The notes below the pieces were generated by a model. It saw only the letters and a list, made by a program, of their open reading frames with translations, made no database searches and was not told the DNA's origin. A DNA stretch of 64,000 nt from Protoeuglena noctilucae (lineage: Eukaryota), in assembly GCA_958009085.1 (NCBI GenBank), contig OY253680.1, positions 372,001-436,000 of the forward strand, in the 5' to 3' direction. Numbering within the stretch: position 1 is the stretch's first letter; every line of letters starts with the position of its first letter. This document shows positions 28,057-39,658 of the stretch, one piece after another. A program made the translations under genes and the position numbers.

Positions 28057-29714
28057 TCAACCATCTGCTGTGGTCTTCTTGCGCTCGCCGGCCCACCACT
28101 CCACGAACTCGTTGAACTGCGCACAGGGGCCAACCCGCGCCTGAGAGCGAGGCGTCAGAACAGAAGGGAGGCGTACATCGCAAAGCCCCAGGCAGGCAGT
28201 AACGCACCTCGATGACTCCGTTCCCGTTCTTGTCCAGAAGCTTGAGCGCAGTGGCCGCCTCCTCCTCCGTGAGGGGCTGCCCCATCTCCTTAGCCAGGCG
28301 CATGAGCTCCCGGGGCTCGATGCGCTGGTTGGCGTTCTCGTCGAAGCGCGCAAACCACTTGGCCACCCGCGCCCCCTCCTCGGGCGTCATGCCGTAGTCG
28401 GACGCCCGGAACCCGAACTTCTCCTGCGCCTCGTCGATGATCATGAACGCCGACAGGTTGCTGAGTGTGTCTGCGAGAACGAAGCAGCGCATTCGGTCAT
28501 GGGAGCCGCGCACCATCTAGCCTTGCACAGTTCCTCTCGCGGCCCCGCACCCACCATCCCGGCACCCAGGACCCCTCACCCTGCATGCTCGCCGTCAACT
28601 CCTTCTCCCTAAGGACGTCCGCGATGCTCTTGAGCACCTCCGCCAGCTGCAGGCGCATACAGTCCCACAGCGTGTCCACCGCCCCGCTGTCCGCTGACCG
28701 CTGGGAGCAACACCCGCTGCCCACACGTGCGCACCTGACCCGGCACCCGTCCCTCACCTTGGCGCTCTCCTGGGCGAGCTTCGCACGGTCCAGCAGGCCC
28801 ACCCCCGTCTCCTTGCCCGCCAGCGACCGCACCACGTCCAGGTACGTCTCCGTGTTGGCTGCGAATGCAATCGCCGAGGTGGCGAAGGACCCCACGAGGA
28901 ACAGGTCCACCACGGCCTGCGTATGGGAAAGCCGGTGTCGTTCGCCTTTCCGAGTACTTTCCAAGCAATCGTTGCTGCCATTTGCATCGCAGGCAAGTGT
29001 CGTGTCCATGGACGGGCCTCTCGCGATGGGGTGTTTATGCTGCTGCTCACCTGCAGCACGAAATAGAGAGCCACTGCGTACGTGATGAACAGACCCAGGA
29101 TACTGAACCAGCTGCCGTCGGACGCGGCCGCGACACTCTGCCCGGCGACGAGGCCCATGCCCCCCGCCCCAGCGTCGAAGAACGTCTGGAGGAGAAGGCC
29201 GCCGAGGGGGGCTAGCGTGCCCTTCAGGAAGAAACCCCTGCGCGTGCGGAAGGCCTAGCATTGTGCCGAGCATGTGCCTCCCGGGCATGCCATCGACGTG
29301 CTTTCGCGTAGGCGTGCACGGCCACAACGCACCGCAGCGCGTCGGGGTCCGTAGCCCCCGCCTTCTCCCACTGGCTGAGGATCCGCCTAGCCTGCTCCTT
29401 CGTCAGGCCCGCCTTCTTGAGGGTCTCCTCCAGCTTTGCCACCCTGCAAGCCATCTCAGGTCTCAGGCCTCTATCCCTCCCCTCCCTGTCCAGGCCGGCA
29501 AGCATCGCAGCCGCGTCCAAACTGCTCACTTGTCCTGGCCCTTCTTCTCGCTGGGCTTAGTGCCATCGTCACCGGTAGCGGCGACGGGGACTTGGCGAGG
29601 GCGCCGTGGCACGCGCAACGGGCCATGTGCTCGGACCTGGCGCGAACAGAGCTTGCGGGTTTTCCGTGGACGCACATGATCATGACGAGAGCATCGATGC
29701 AGCTGCTTGAGCAT
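28057..29714 (-). CDS. Putative plastid membrane protein with two C-terminal EF-hands
   Basis: Arg-rich transit-like N-terminus, hydrophobic segments (WFSILGLFITYAVALYFVLQ; LFLVGSFATSAIAFA), and EF loops DENANQRIEPRE and DKNGNGVIEFNE. Confidence 0.72.
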
Positions 29715-30136
29715 AGCCGCGGCCACGGGGGAAGCGCGGGGATCTCCCCGCCTCACCTGGGAGAGGCCCGGACATCGGGCGGCTAATCGAACGTTCCCGA
29801 GCATATCGAGGCCCTTTCCGTCACCGCTGTCTCCACGGCACGCGTCGGCTGGCCCTCACAAGACCAAATGAAGCGCGCAGCGGCGTGTCAGTAAAACGCA
29901 CCAGCAACCAGCGGCGCCGCAGTGCTTTAGCCAGCGCGCCCCGCACGGTGATGCAGGTCCGCAAGCAAAGATTCGCACCAAAGCTCGTCCCTTTGCGATC
30001 GCTTCCCGATCTGCTGGCGAGCGAAGCACGCTGAGGCCATTTGGCCACGTCGGGTCACCGAGCGTGGAGGGGCGCTCACCAGGTTTTCGACGCGGGTGCT
30101 CCCCTGCGGGGGTAGTTTCGGTGTTGGACGGACAGG

Positions 30137-32402
30137 ATGGTTAAGACGTACGAGCAGGAATGCTCGTACATCCGGCAGGTCTCGCCGGTGAAGTACGTCA
30201 TCGACAAGGGCTTCGTGGACTCCATGAATGTGGTGGGAGAGTTTTACGTGAACGATCGCCTGAAGCCCCTGCTCTTTGACGAGGTGGGGCGCGCGCGCGC
30301 CATGACGACGCTGCGGCCCGGGCGATGGCTTCGCGCGAGCTGCCGCTGCCAGCTGATGCAATTGCGATGCAAACGACGTGAGGGAGCCTTTCCTGTCCGC
30401 AGCTCCGACAGTTCTGCTCTCGCGGGGACCATGGCGGCTTCCTCCCTGCCGTCAAGCAGCTGGCGAACGTGGCTGCGCTTCCTGGGATCGTGAAAAAGTC
30501 GATTGCACTCCCTGATGTGCACTCCGGCTACGGATTCGCCATCGGAAACGTGGCTGCTTTCGACATGGCCAACCCCGCGTCGGTCGTTTCACCAGGTGGG
30601 AGCAGCCCCTTGCAGCCGCGACCCGTGAGCGCTCTTTCGCGGTCGGGCTGGCTCACTTGGATGTTTGGTGCCTGCTGTGTGTGTGTAAGTGGCCCCGCTC
30701 GAGCTCACAGCCCGCCTCTGCCTCGCAGGGGGGGTGGGCTTCGACATCAACTGCGGGGTGCGCCTGATCAGGACCAACCTGACCGAGGCGGAGGTAGGGC
30801 CACTGCGCGAAAAACTCGCCCAGGCTCTCTTCGACCACATCCCCGTGGGCGTGGGCTCCCAGGGCATCATCCCCACCACCCGGGACGACCTGGAGATGGC
30901 GCTCGAGATGGGCATTGACTGGTCGGTGCGGGAGGCCTACGCGTGGGCGGAGGACAAGGAACACTGCGAGGAGTACGGGCGAATGCTCAACGCAGACCCC
31001 TCCAAGGTCAGCCAGCGCGCCAAGAAGCGGGGACTGCCGCAGATGGGCACGCTTGGAGCAGGGAACCACTACGCGGAGATCCAGGTCGTCGACGAGGTGT
31101 ACGACAAGGTGCGGAGACGCATCGCCCTGCCGTCTGCGCCAGGGTCCGTCTGGCAGTGGCAGCGAGGGCGGGGAACCGGTGCCCTGCGTGCCCTCGCAGT
31201 GGGCCGCGCGCAAGATGGGCATCGATCAGAAGGGGCAGGTCTGCATCATGATCCATTCCGGGTCCCGGGGCCTGGGCCACCAGGTGCGCCGCGGTCATGC
31301 CCTTTGCAGTCTGCGCCAGCGCTGATGCCTGTGCCATCATCGAGGCCTTCTCCTGCCCGGCAGGTCGCCACGGACGCCCTCGTGGCAATGGAGCGCGCCA
31401 TGGCACGGGACGGCATCCAGACCAACGACCGGCAGCTGGCGTGCGCTCGGATTGACTCGGACGAGGGGCAGGACTACTTGGCTGCCATGGCGTGCGCGGC
31501 CAACTATGCATGGGTGAACCGCTCCAGCATGACCTTCCTGACCCGTCAAGCGTTTGCGAAGGTGAGGGCGCATGGGGACGAACGGCTGCGGCTGTGCAAC
31601 GCCATGCCATGGGGAGGGAGTGTGGGAAGGAAGGTTTGGGCTGGTTCGCACGGTGCCATCAACGGTGCTGCCGATCCGGGTGCAGGTCTTCAACTCCACT
31701 CCGGACGACCTGGACATGCACGTCATTTACGACGTCAGCCACAACATCGCCAAGATTGAGGAGCACATGGTGGACGGGCGCCCTCGCAAGCTCCTCGTGC
31801 ACCGCAAGGGCTCGACGCGTGCCTTGCCGCCCCACCACCCCCTCATTCCCGTTGACTATCAGTTCACAGGGCAGCCCGTCCTTATTGGGGGGACGATGGG
31901 CACGTGCAGGTGCCGCATGGGCTTGGTGCAGCCGAGCGGCGCGGCTGCAGGGGTGCCGCGATGCGTGCCGCCCCCGTGGCTCAAGGAACAACAACCCTGA
32001 TTCGGCTCCCAAATGTCTCGCGCAGCTACGTGCTCACGGGGACGGAGCGAGGCATGGAGGAGACGTTTGGGTCGACCTGCCACGGTGCAGGGCGGCAGCG
32101 TTCCCGCAACAACTCGCGCACCAAGATTGAGTACACGGACGTGCTGGAGGGTCTGAAAACCAAGGGCATTGCCATCCGCGTGGCATCTCCCAAGGTGATG
32201 TGCACGCGGGCTGGCGGCGCATGCGGGGGCGCTGGGGCTGGGCCGCCCCCGGTCAGCAATGGGACCCCATTGCCCGCAGTTGGTGATGGAGGAGGCACCC
32301 GAGTCGTACAAGGATGTGTGCGACGTGGTCGACACGTGCCACGAGGCGGGCATCAGCAAAAAGTGCTTCAAGCTGCGCCCGATCGCGGTCGTCAAGGGCT
32401 GA
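30137..32402 (+). CDS. RTCB: RNA-splicing ligase RtcB
   Basis: [83 protein letters not shown] and [12 protein letters not shown]. Confidence 0.97.
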
Positions 32403-32446
32403 AAAGCGCTGTGCGGTAGTCAGGCGCCTAGTGGCGTTGGTCGTGA

Positions 32447-33351
32447 TCAGTCGAAGTAGGTGGGGATGGTCTTTAGGAAAGCCTCCTTGTCCTCCTGAGC
32501 AACCGACGGGGCGTCCGGGTTGTTGGGCGTGCTCTCGAGGCGCCGCCGCTTCGACCCGCACCCCAGCGACCGGCGCGTCTCCACGCCCGTGACAGGGTTC
32601 ACGCCGTCCGCGTATCGGCACATCTTGATTTGCTGGTCCTTGTCGATGAGGGCGTATGAGAAGTCCGCCCCGTAGATGTCCGCGGAACCAAAGTCTGACC
32701 GGGTGAACACGCCCCTCATCAGGATGGCGTTGCGCAGATTTGCCTCGTTCAGCACCGCGCGGTCCATGAGCGTGTCGGAGAGGTCGGCGCCCTCGAAGTT
32801 GGTCTGGAAGGCCACGGCCTTGATGAAGTACGCGCCGTTCAGCTTGCTCTTCTGCGATGGCAGGCAGCTTGGTTTGTCAGTCTTGTCTCATCCCGGGCGT
32901 GTCCTAGTCACATCCATGATGCGTCCACCGGCTGGCGTTCGGTCAGATGAGCTGGGACGCCGTGGAGACAGGTCGGCACCTGGAAGTTACATCGCCGCAC
33001 GTCCGCGGCAGTAAAGTTGGCCCGGCGGAGGTCCTGTCCTGAAAAGTCTTGCCCCGCTACATCCGCCTCCCCGAACTGCTGTGCCGAGCCGATGCCGAAC
33101 TCGCCGCCGGCTGCGGCCTCAAACCGGTTCAGCTCCGCCAGCGCCGGGCTTGCGACCATCAAAGTCAGCGCGATGGTGGTCGCAGCCAGCGCGCGCCCTC
33201 CTTTCCCATCCGTGGACTGTCCTGCAGCGCGCACCGTCCGTCCGGCTCTGCGGTGAGGCAGATAGCCGCGAGGCGCGACACACTTTGTCATCTGGTGGCC
33301 GGCACGCGACCCCGCTGCGGCGCGTCCGCTTGGCCACGCGATGATCGCCAT
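32447..33351 (-). CDS. Thylakoid lumenal pentapeptide-repeat protein (TL20.3-like)
   Basis: Bipartite signal ending ASPALA-ELNRFEA, GEFGIGSAQQFG, A(D/N)Lxx pentapeptide repeats, and CRYADGVNPVTGVETRRSLGC. Confidence 0.88.
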
Positions 33352-33816
33352 ACGCGCGAGCGACACATGCGCACCTTGCGTGTGCACAGCGCGAGGGCTT
33401 GCAACCCCAAGCTGAGCGCGGATTCGCGCCGATGGAGCAGGACATGGTGCGCACTGGAATCGCCCCCAAGCCTCCACCCCGGCCGCTCCAAGTGAAAGTC
33501 CGTGACACGATCGGCGCGAAAGACCATCTCCGCGCCCCGCCCGTGCCTCCTGGGCGCGCAGCCGCACCTGGCGACCACTGGCAGTTTCTGACGCCTCGAG
33601 AGCGGCCCCTCTTTGCCCCGCCGGGACCCCAGCGCTCTCTCCGAATTCGACTAGGGACCTCTCGCGCGCTCGTGAGTTCTGCGACCATGACGCTCAAGGT
33701 GCGGGACGGGATGGGGAGATAAGCGGGGGCGAGCCGGTGTAGTAGGCTCCGAGCGCGTGGCGGCCTGCCACCCCCTCGAACCCTTCGACGGCTTCGATTG
33801 CCCGCCACACGGCCAC

Positions 33817-33822
33817 TATAAA
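33817..33822 (+). promoter_or_regulatory. Candidate TATA box (TATAAA) upstream of the Rubisco activase gene
   Basis: cacTATAAAgcc lies about 100 nt before the ATG at 33922, in otherwise very GC-rich DNA. Confidence 0.5.
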
Positions 33823-33921
33823 GCCGGCGCGCCCTGCGGCCGCCTCGCTTCGCCGCGCAGCCCGTCCCGAGTTGAGGCCCCCCTTGAACGGGACCCCCGC
33901 GCTCGATCCCCGCAGGTTTCC

Positions 33922-36900
33922 ATGACCACGGGCGTCAGGTGACTTCCTCTTCCTCGTCTGCGCCACTGCGCGCGGCCGGGGCGCCCCGCGCTGCGCGGGC
34001 CGTCCTGGCCGTCGCGGAAAGGCGCCCACCCCTGGCTCGGGGGTGGCGCGCCGCCCTCGCGTGCCCTCTCGCCGCCCCGCTCCGCTTTCGGGAAGCTCAT
34101 GACCGATTTCGTGCTTGTCTCCCCCCGGACGGCCGCGTGGGCGAGCGCATCGCCCGGGTACTCGGCACGTTGCCACGCGACCCCCCGTCGCCCCCGCGAG
34201 GGGCGGCAGGCCCCGGGCCCCCGAGGCGTCCACAAGCGGCCATTTCCGTTCTCGGGGTGGCGCTTGCCGGCGCCGACGGCCCGTTCCGGGCCTCCCGAGG
34301 CCCCCCAGCCACTCCGGAGCCTTGCGGCTCGTCGACCGAGCGGCGCACGGCCGCCTTCCGCCGGTTTCGCGTTTATCGTTGCTTACGGCCGTTGCCGCGA
34401 CTGCCGGGAGAGCGGCCGCCGGTCGCCCGCGGGCGCGGGAGGCTGCATCGACCCCTGGCCCTCATCAGCCCTCGAGCACCCGCGGGGCTCCGCTGCACCT
34501 CCACTCACCTCTCCCCCTCCTTCTCCCCGTTGCAGGGCCCGTATGGCTCCGGCCGCCGGCCGCCGCTCGCGGCCTGTGTGCCGCTACGGCAAGAAGGACA
34601 GCAAGGCGTCTTCCTGGGACGCTTGGGAGTCGGCCTCCGGTTCCAGCTCCTTCTGGGACACCAAGTCGTCCTCGTCCTCTAAGTCGTCCTCCGGCTCGTC
34701 GTCCGGCTCCAGCTCCTTCTGGGACACCAAGCCCTCGTCCGGCGCCAGCTCCTTCTGGGACACGACGCCGTCGTCCGGCTCTTCCTCGACGGGCAGCAGC
34801 TCGTTCTGGGACACGACGCCCTCGTCCGGCTCGTCTTCTTCGTCCGGCGCCAGCTCCTTCTGGGACACCACGCCCTCGTCCTCCAGCTCGTCGTCCGGCG
34901 CCAGCTCCTTCTGGGACACGACGCCGTCGTCCGGCTCTTCCTCGACGGGCAGCAGCTCGTTCTGGGACACGCCCTCTTCCTCCAGCTCGTCGTCGAGCAG
35001 CTCCTTCTGGGACACCAAGTCGTCGTCGTCGTCGTCCTCCGGCTCGTCGTCGAGCAGCAACTTCTGGGACACCTTCTCGTCCGGCTCGACTGGCGGCAGC
35101 TCCTTCTGGGACACCAAGTCTTCCTCGTCCACGCCCGCCTCGTCCAAGTCCACGAGCTCCTTCTGGGACACGACGCCCTCGTCCTCCAGCTCGTCGTCCG
35201 GCGCCAGCTCCTTCTGGGACACCATGCCCTCGTCCTCCAGCTCGTCGTCCGGCGCCAGCTCCTTCTGGGACACGACGCCGTCGTCCGGCTCTTCCTCGAC
35301 GGGCAGCAGCTCGTTCTGGGACACGACGCCCTCGTCTGGCTCGTCGTCTTCGTCCGGCGCCAGCTCCTTCTGGGATACGCCCTCGTCCTCCAGCTCGTCG
35401 TCCGGCGCCAGCTCCTTCTGGGACACCGAGCCCTCGTCCGGCTCGTCTTCCGGCGCCAGCTCCTTCTGGGACACGACGCCGTCGTCCGGCTCTTCCTCGA
35501 CGGGCAGCAGCTCCTTCTGGGACACGACGCCCTCGTCCAGCTCGTCTTCGTCCGGCGCCAGCTCCTTCTGGGACACCACGCCCTCGTCCTCCAGCTCGTC
35601 GCCCGGCGCCAGCTCCTTCTGGGACACCACGCCCTCGTCCTCCAGCTCGTCCTCCAGCTCGTCGTCGAGCAGCAACTTCTGGGACACCTTCTCGTCCGGC
35701 TCTTCCTCGAGTGGCGGCAGCTCCTTCTGGGACACCAAGTCTTCCTCGTCCACGCCCGCCTCGTCCAAGTCCACGAGCTCCTTCTGGGACACCAAGCTCG
35801 AGAAGACCACCTCTGCCCCTACGACCGAGAAGAAGAAGGACAACCGCAACGCCCCCGGCCGCTGGAAGGGCATGGACGCCGGCAGGGACACCTCGGACGA
35901 CCAACAGGACATCACCCGCGGCCGCGACATGGTTGACTCGCTCTTCCAGGGCAGCCAGGGCATGAGCGGCACCCACAACGCCATCCTCGCGTCGACCGAG
36001 TACATCAAGACGGCCCAGCGCAACTTCGGTGACCTCAAGGGCGACTACTACATCTCGCCGCGCTTCCTGGACAAGATGGCCATCCACATCGCCAAGAACT
36101 ACATGGACCTGCCCAAGATCAAGGTCCCGCTCATTCTCGGCATCTGGGGTGGCAAGGGCAACGGCAAGACCTTCCAGGTCGAGCTCGCCTACAAGAAGCT
36201 CGGCATCAACCCCATCGTCATGTCGGCCGGCGAGCTCGAGTCGGGCAACGCTGGCGAGCCTGCCAAGCTCGTCCGCCAGCGCTACAGGTGGGCCGCGGCG
36301 GCGCCGGCGGCGAGCTGGAGTGGCAGGCAGTGCTGCAGGTCTCGCGTGCCACGCCTGGCTGTGCCGCAGCGCTCGTGCGCCATGTGCCGCTGAGGTGCGC
36401 CTTGTCCGCAGGGAGGCGTCTGACATCATCAAGAAGGGCACGATGTGCTCGCTCTTCATCAACGACCTGGACGCCGGTGCCGGCCGCATGGGCGACACGA
36501 CCCAGTACACGGTCAACAACCAGATGGTGAACGCCACGCTGATGAACATCGCCGACAACCCCACCAACGTGCAGCTGCCCGGCGTGTACAACAACGAGAC
36601 CATTCCCCGTGTGCCCATCATCGTGACGGGCAACGACTTCTCGACCCTCTACGCGCCCCTCATCCGTGACGGCCGCATGGAGAAGTTCTACTGGGCGCCC
36701 ACGCGCGAGGACCGCATCGGCATCTGCATGGGCATCTTCTCCGCCGACGGCATCACCCAGGCGGACGTGACGAGGGTGAGCTGATGCTGGTTGAGGCGGG
36801 CGCGAGGGGGCACCCGGACAGACTGCTGTGGGGTTTTCTGACACGTGTCTCCCGCCCCCGCCCCCGCAGTTGGTGGACGCCTTCCCCAACCAGTCGATCG

Positions 36901-37187
36901 ACTTCTTCGGGGCCCTCCGCGCGCGCATCTACGACGACATGGTGCGCGACTTCATCAACAACACGGGCCTGGAGAACCTCCAGAAGCGCCTGGTCAACTC
37001 GCGCGAGGGCAAGGTCACCTTCGCGCCCCCCCGCATCACCATCGACAAGCTCCTGGCCTACGGCAACGCCCTGGTGGCCGAGCAGGACAACGTGCGCCGC
37101 ATCCAGCTGGCCGACTCGTACCTGTCGGGGGCCGACCTGGCGGGCAGCACGGGCAGCTCCCTGCCCGAGGCCGTGCGCAACAACTGA
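33922..37187 (+). CDS. RCA: Green-type Rubisco activase (AAA+) with an unusually long N-terminal FWDT/Ser repeat extension
   Basis: Exon 1 MTTGV(R) splices in frame (ag|gtgact...ttgcag|g) to [16 protein letters not shown]. Then [93 protein letters not shown] and [12 protein letters not shown]. Confidence 0.96.
34651..35793 (+). repeat. Coding tandem repeat: 23 units of FWDT plus Ser/Gly/Thr spacer (about 12-25 aa, mostly 16-19)
   Basis: ttctggga(c/t)ac recurs 23 times in one frame. Typical unit [17 protein letters not shown]. Confidence 0.97.
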
Positions 37188-37505
37188 GCGCCGCGGCGCA
37201 GGAGGCTTTTTGGGGCGAGCCAACGTGACCAGTTTTTGTGAGCGGATGCAGGAGCACGCCGCCCCTCCTGCCCCACGGGCCCCTTGTCGGGCCCGCCAAA
37301 CCCTCGCAAGGCAATAGACTCGTCCTGTCGGGTCTGCTCTGCCAGCGTCTTGGTGGCGCTGGCGGCCCGGATGCAGACATTGGATTGCGCGGCTGCATGC
37401 GGCTGGTATGGTGGTCTAGACTGCAACACGGTGCAGACGGTTGAAGCTCAGATAGGTCCATGCTAGAGGGGCCTCAGCGCCTTGCGCGCCCCATTCAGTG
37501 GCGCA

Positions 37506-39623
37506 TCACAGACCAAGCTGATCATAACCCCTAGGAGCTGGACGCGTGGGTTGGCCCCTTAGGCGGCCATATAGGCCCCCCACGGCCGATGCTGCCCACG
37601 ATGCGCTTGACCGCACCCCTGCCCAAGCTTGGGACGTGGCGGAGGCAGCAGACGCGCCCATTCCGCGTGTCGCTGGCGCAGCCTCGCCATCGAAGCCAAA
37701 GGGACCCGCCCCCGGCGGTGCACCTGCAAGGGCCACAAGTCCGGTCAGCGCACGGAGCATGATCGTGCCTCCGCAGATCGGCTACTACTTGCACTTGCAT
37801 CAGAGTGTCACTCTGATCTGCCCCCCCAGCAGCAAAGCGCTTCCCCATGCAGCTCACCTCCCGTTCCACCCTCGAAAGGGTCATACTCCTGGCCTTCCAA
37901 GGGTTGCCCTCGCCTCGTTTGAGCCGCCCCCGCAAACCCCCGGTAGATGAAGGCGGCGATGCCCCCCACCGCGCCGATGATGAACAGCGTGAGGAACACG
38001 CGGCCGGCCACACACCCCGAGCGCCGCTTGCCATCGCCTGTGCCTGGCGTGGGATGCGGCGCGGGCGTGGGCGTGCTTGGGTCGGGCGTGCTTGGAGAAG
38101 GGGTGCGTGGGCCTGGCGTGTCGGGTGCAGGGGTGCCGTGACCTGGCTCGGGCGGCTCCCCAACGGACAAGATGCGCTGGGCCTGGTCGTTCGGGACCTC
38201 TGGCCACGAGAAGACGCCCTGCCATGTCTGACCGCCGTCATCAGATGCGGCGAGGGTCAGTGAGGCAGCGAAGTGGTCCACCAGGTCGGCGGGGGACGCC
38301 AGCTCTACGCAGCCCACGGCCCCTGGGCTCGCGAGCTCCACCACGACCTCGGATCCTCCGTCCGATCCCTCAGCTGCCTCCCACCAGAAGGTGGTCAGGG
38401 GCGTGTCGGCATACAGCTGGCCCTGCTGAGACAACTGCCCTCGCTTCTTCCACACGTCCAGGTCCAGCTGGGCGTCCGACTGCATGGAGCGAGGGACTCT
38501 CGGCGTCTCACCGTGACATGCGCCACACGGCTTGCGCGCGGCGCGCGCTTGCACGTGACGGCGCCCATCGATGGCTCCCACCTTGGCGGGCAGCAAGGCC
38601 CCCGAACAGTCCTGCTCTGCGTAAAACGCCACTTGGCTCAGGCTCCACAGGTGCTTCCCGCTCGCGTCCACAAAGGGCCCGCCCCGCTCCGACACGACTC
38701 TCCAGAAAGTGTGCACGTCGTCCGGCGGCGCCGGCGTCGGCGTCGGTGACGCGGGCGTGGGAGACGGGGTGGGCTCAGCGGGGGGTTCCGTCGGGCCGGG
38801 CGTGGGGCTGTCAGCAAAGCAGGCGAGGCAAGAAAAGAGGCCAGTGAAGCTCGAGTCCGACGCCGTAATCACTGCGGTCATTATGGCTCTTGGAATGGTG
38901 ATGCCATGTTGCGTACGGTGCCACAGAGAGCATGCCACCGATACTCGCCGCCGCAAGCAGTCCCAGAGCGCCGCGACGCTGGCCGACGCGGCACCCATGC
39001 CGGTCCCCGAGACAACCCCACACGCACCCAAGGGTCGGTCTTGGCCCACGTCCCGGAACATCTGCTTGGAGAGGTCGAACGGGTCGCCCAGAGCGGCGTC
39101 GTCGCCGCCCATGCGGTTCTCCTGTACGAACTGGCATGTCTTGGCGTCCTCGGTTGGGAGGTGCGTGACAGCGACGTGGAGGTCGTGAGGCATGCTGTCC
39201 GTCACCTGAGGGAACGGGTGCTTCCACAAGCGTCCAAACGCGCCGCACTCCGCGTCGCGCAGCGTCAGGAATGAAGACATTCGGGACGCGCACCTCGGGA
39301 AAGACCGTCTGAGCCGCGTCCCCGTCACACTGGAAGTAGACTCGTGGGGCTCCAAATTGAGAAGCCGGTTCAAAGGTGTACACTGTAAGCGTGTCGACCA
39401 TCACCTCCGCGGTGTCGGCCCGGGCTGCTTGCAGGACCGCCCCCGCAAGGAAAAGCAGGGCGAGCGCCTGGGATAAAAGGGTCCGTAGGTCGCGAGGCAC
39501 AGGATATGTATGCAAGCAGCATGGGGCACTACAGCAAGCGGGGATTGGAGACGGGCGCCGCGCGTGGTGGGCGAACGGAGCAGGCCGTGTCACCTGACGC
39601 GGACGCGCGGCCGCCATCCTCAT
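37506..39623 (-). CDS. Type I membrane protein: signal peptide, N-terminal Cys-containing domain, PT linkers, discoidin/F5-8-like domain, one TM, cytosolic tail
   Basis: ALALLFLAGAVLQAARA signal, PRVYFQC, PTPSPTP linkers, WRVV...WSLSQVAFY...ASDDGGQTW, TM VFLTLFIIGAVGGIAAFIY, and YDPF/YDQL in the tail. Confidence 0.7.
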
Positions 39624-39658
39624 GCCACCTTCTCACGATGACGCCGATCTCGCTTTCA

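Noticed and set aside
30137..32402. RtcB in a green-lineage genome as a novelty or horizontal transfer
   Set aside because: Eukaryote-type RtcB is already known in green algae, and this gene is intron-rich and looks native.
34651..35793. Regularly spaced direct repeats resembling a CRISPR array
   Set aside because: The spacers are homologous Ser codon runs that keep the reading frame, the context is a eukaryotic exon, and no cas genes are present.
34465..36633. Long antisense and alternate-frame repeat ORFs ([35 protein letters not shown])
   Set aside because: These are shadows of the Rca FWDT repeat. Only the FWDT frame is continuous with both the transit peptide and the activase domain.
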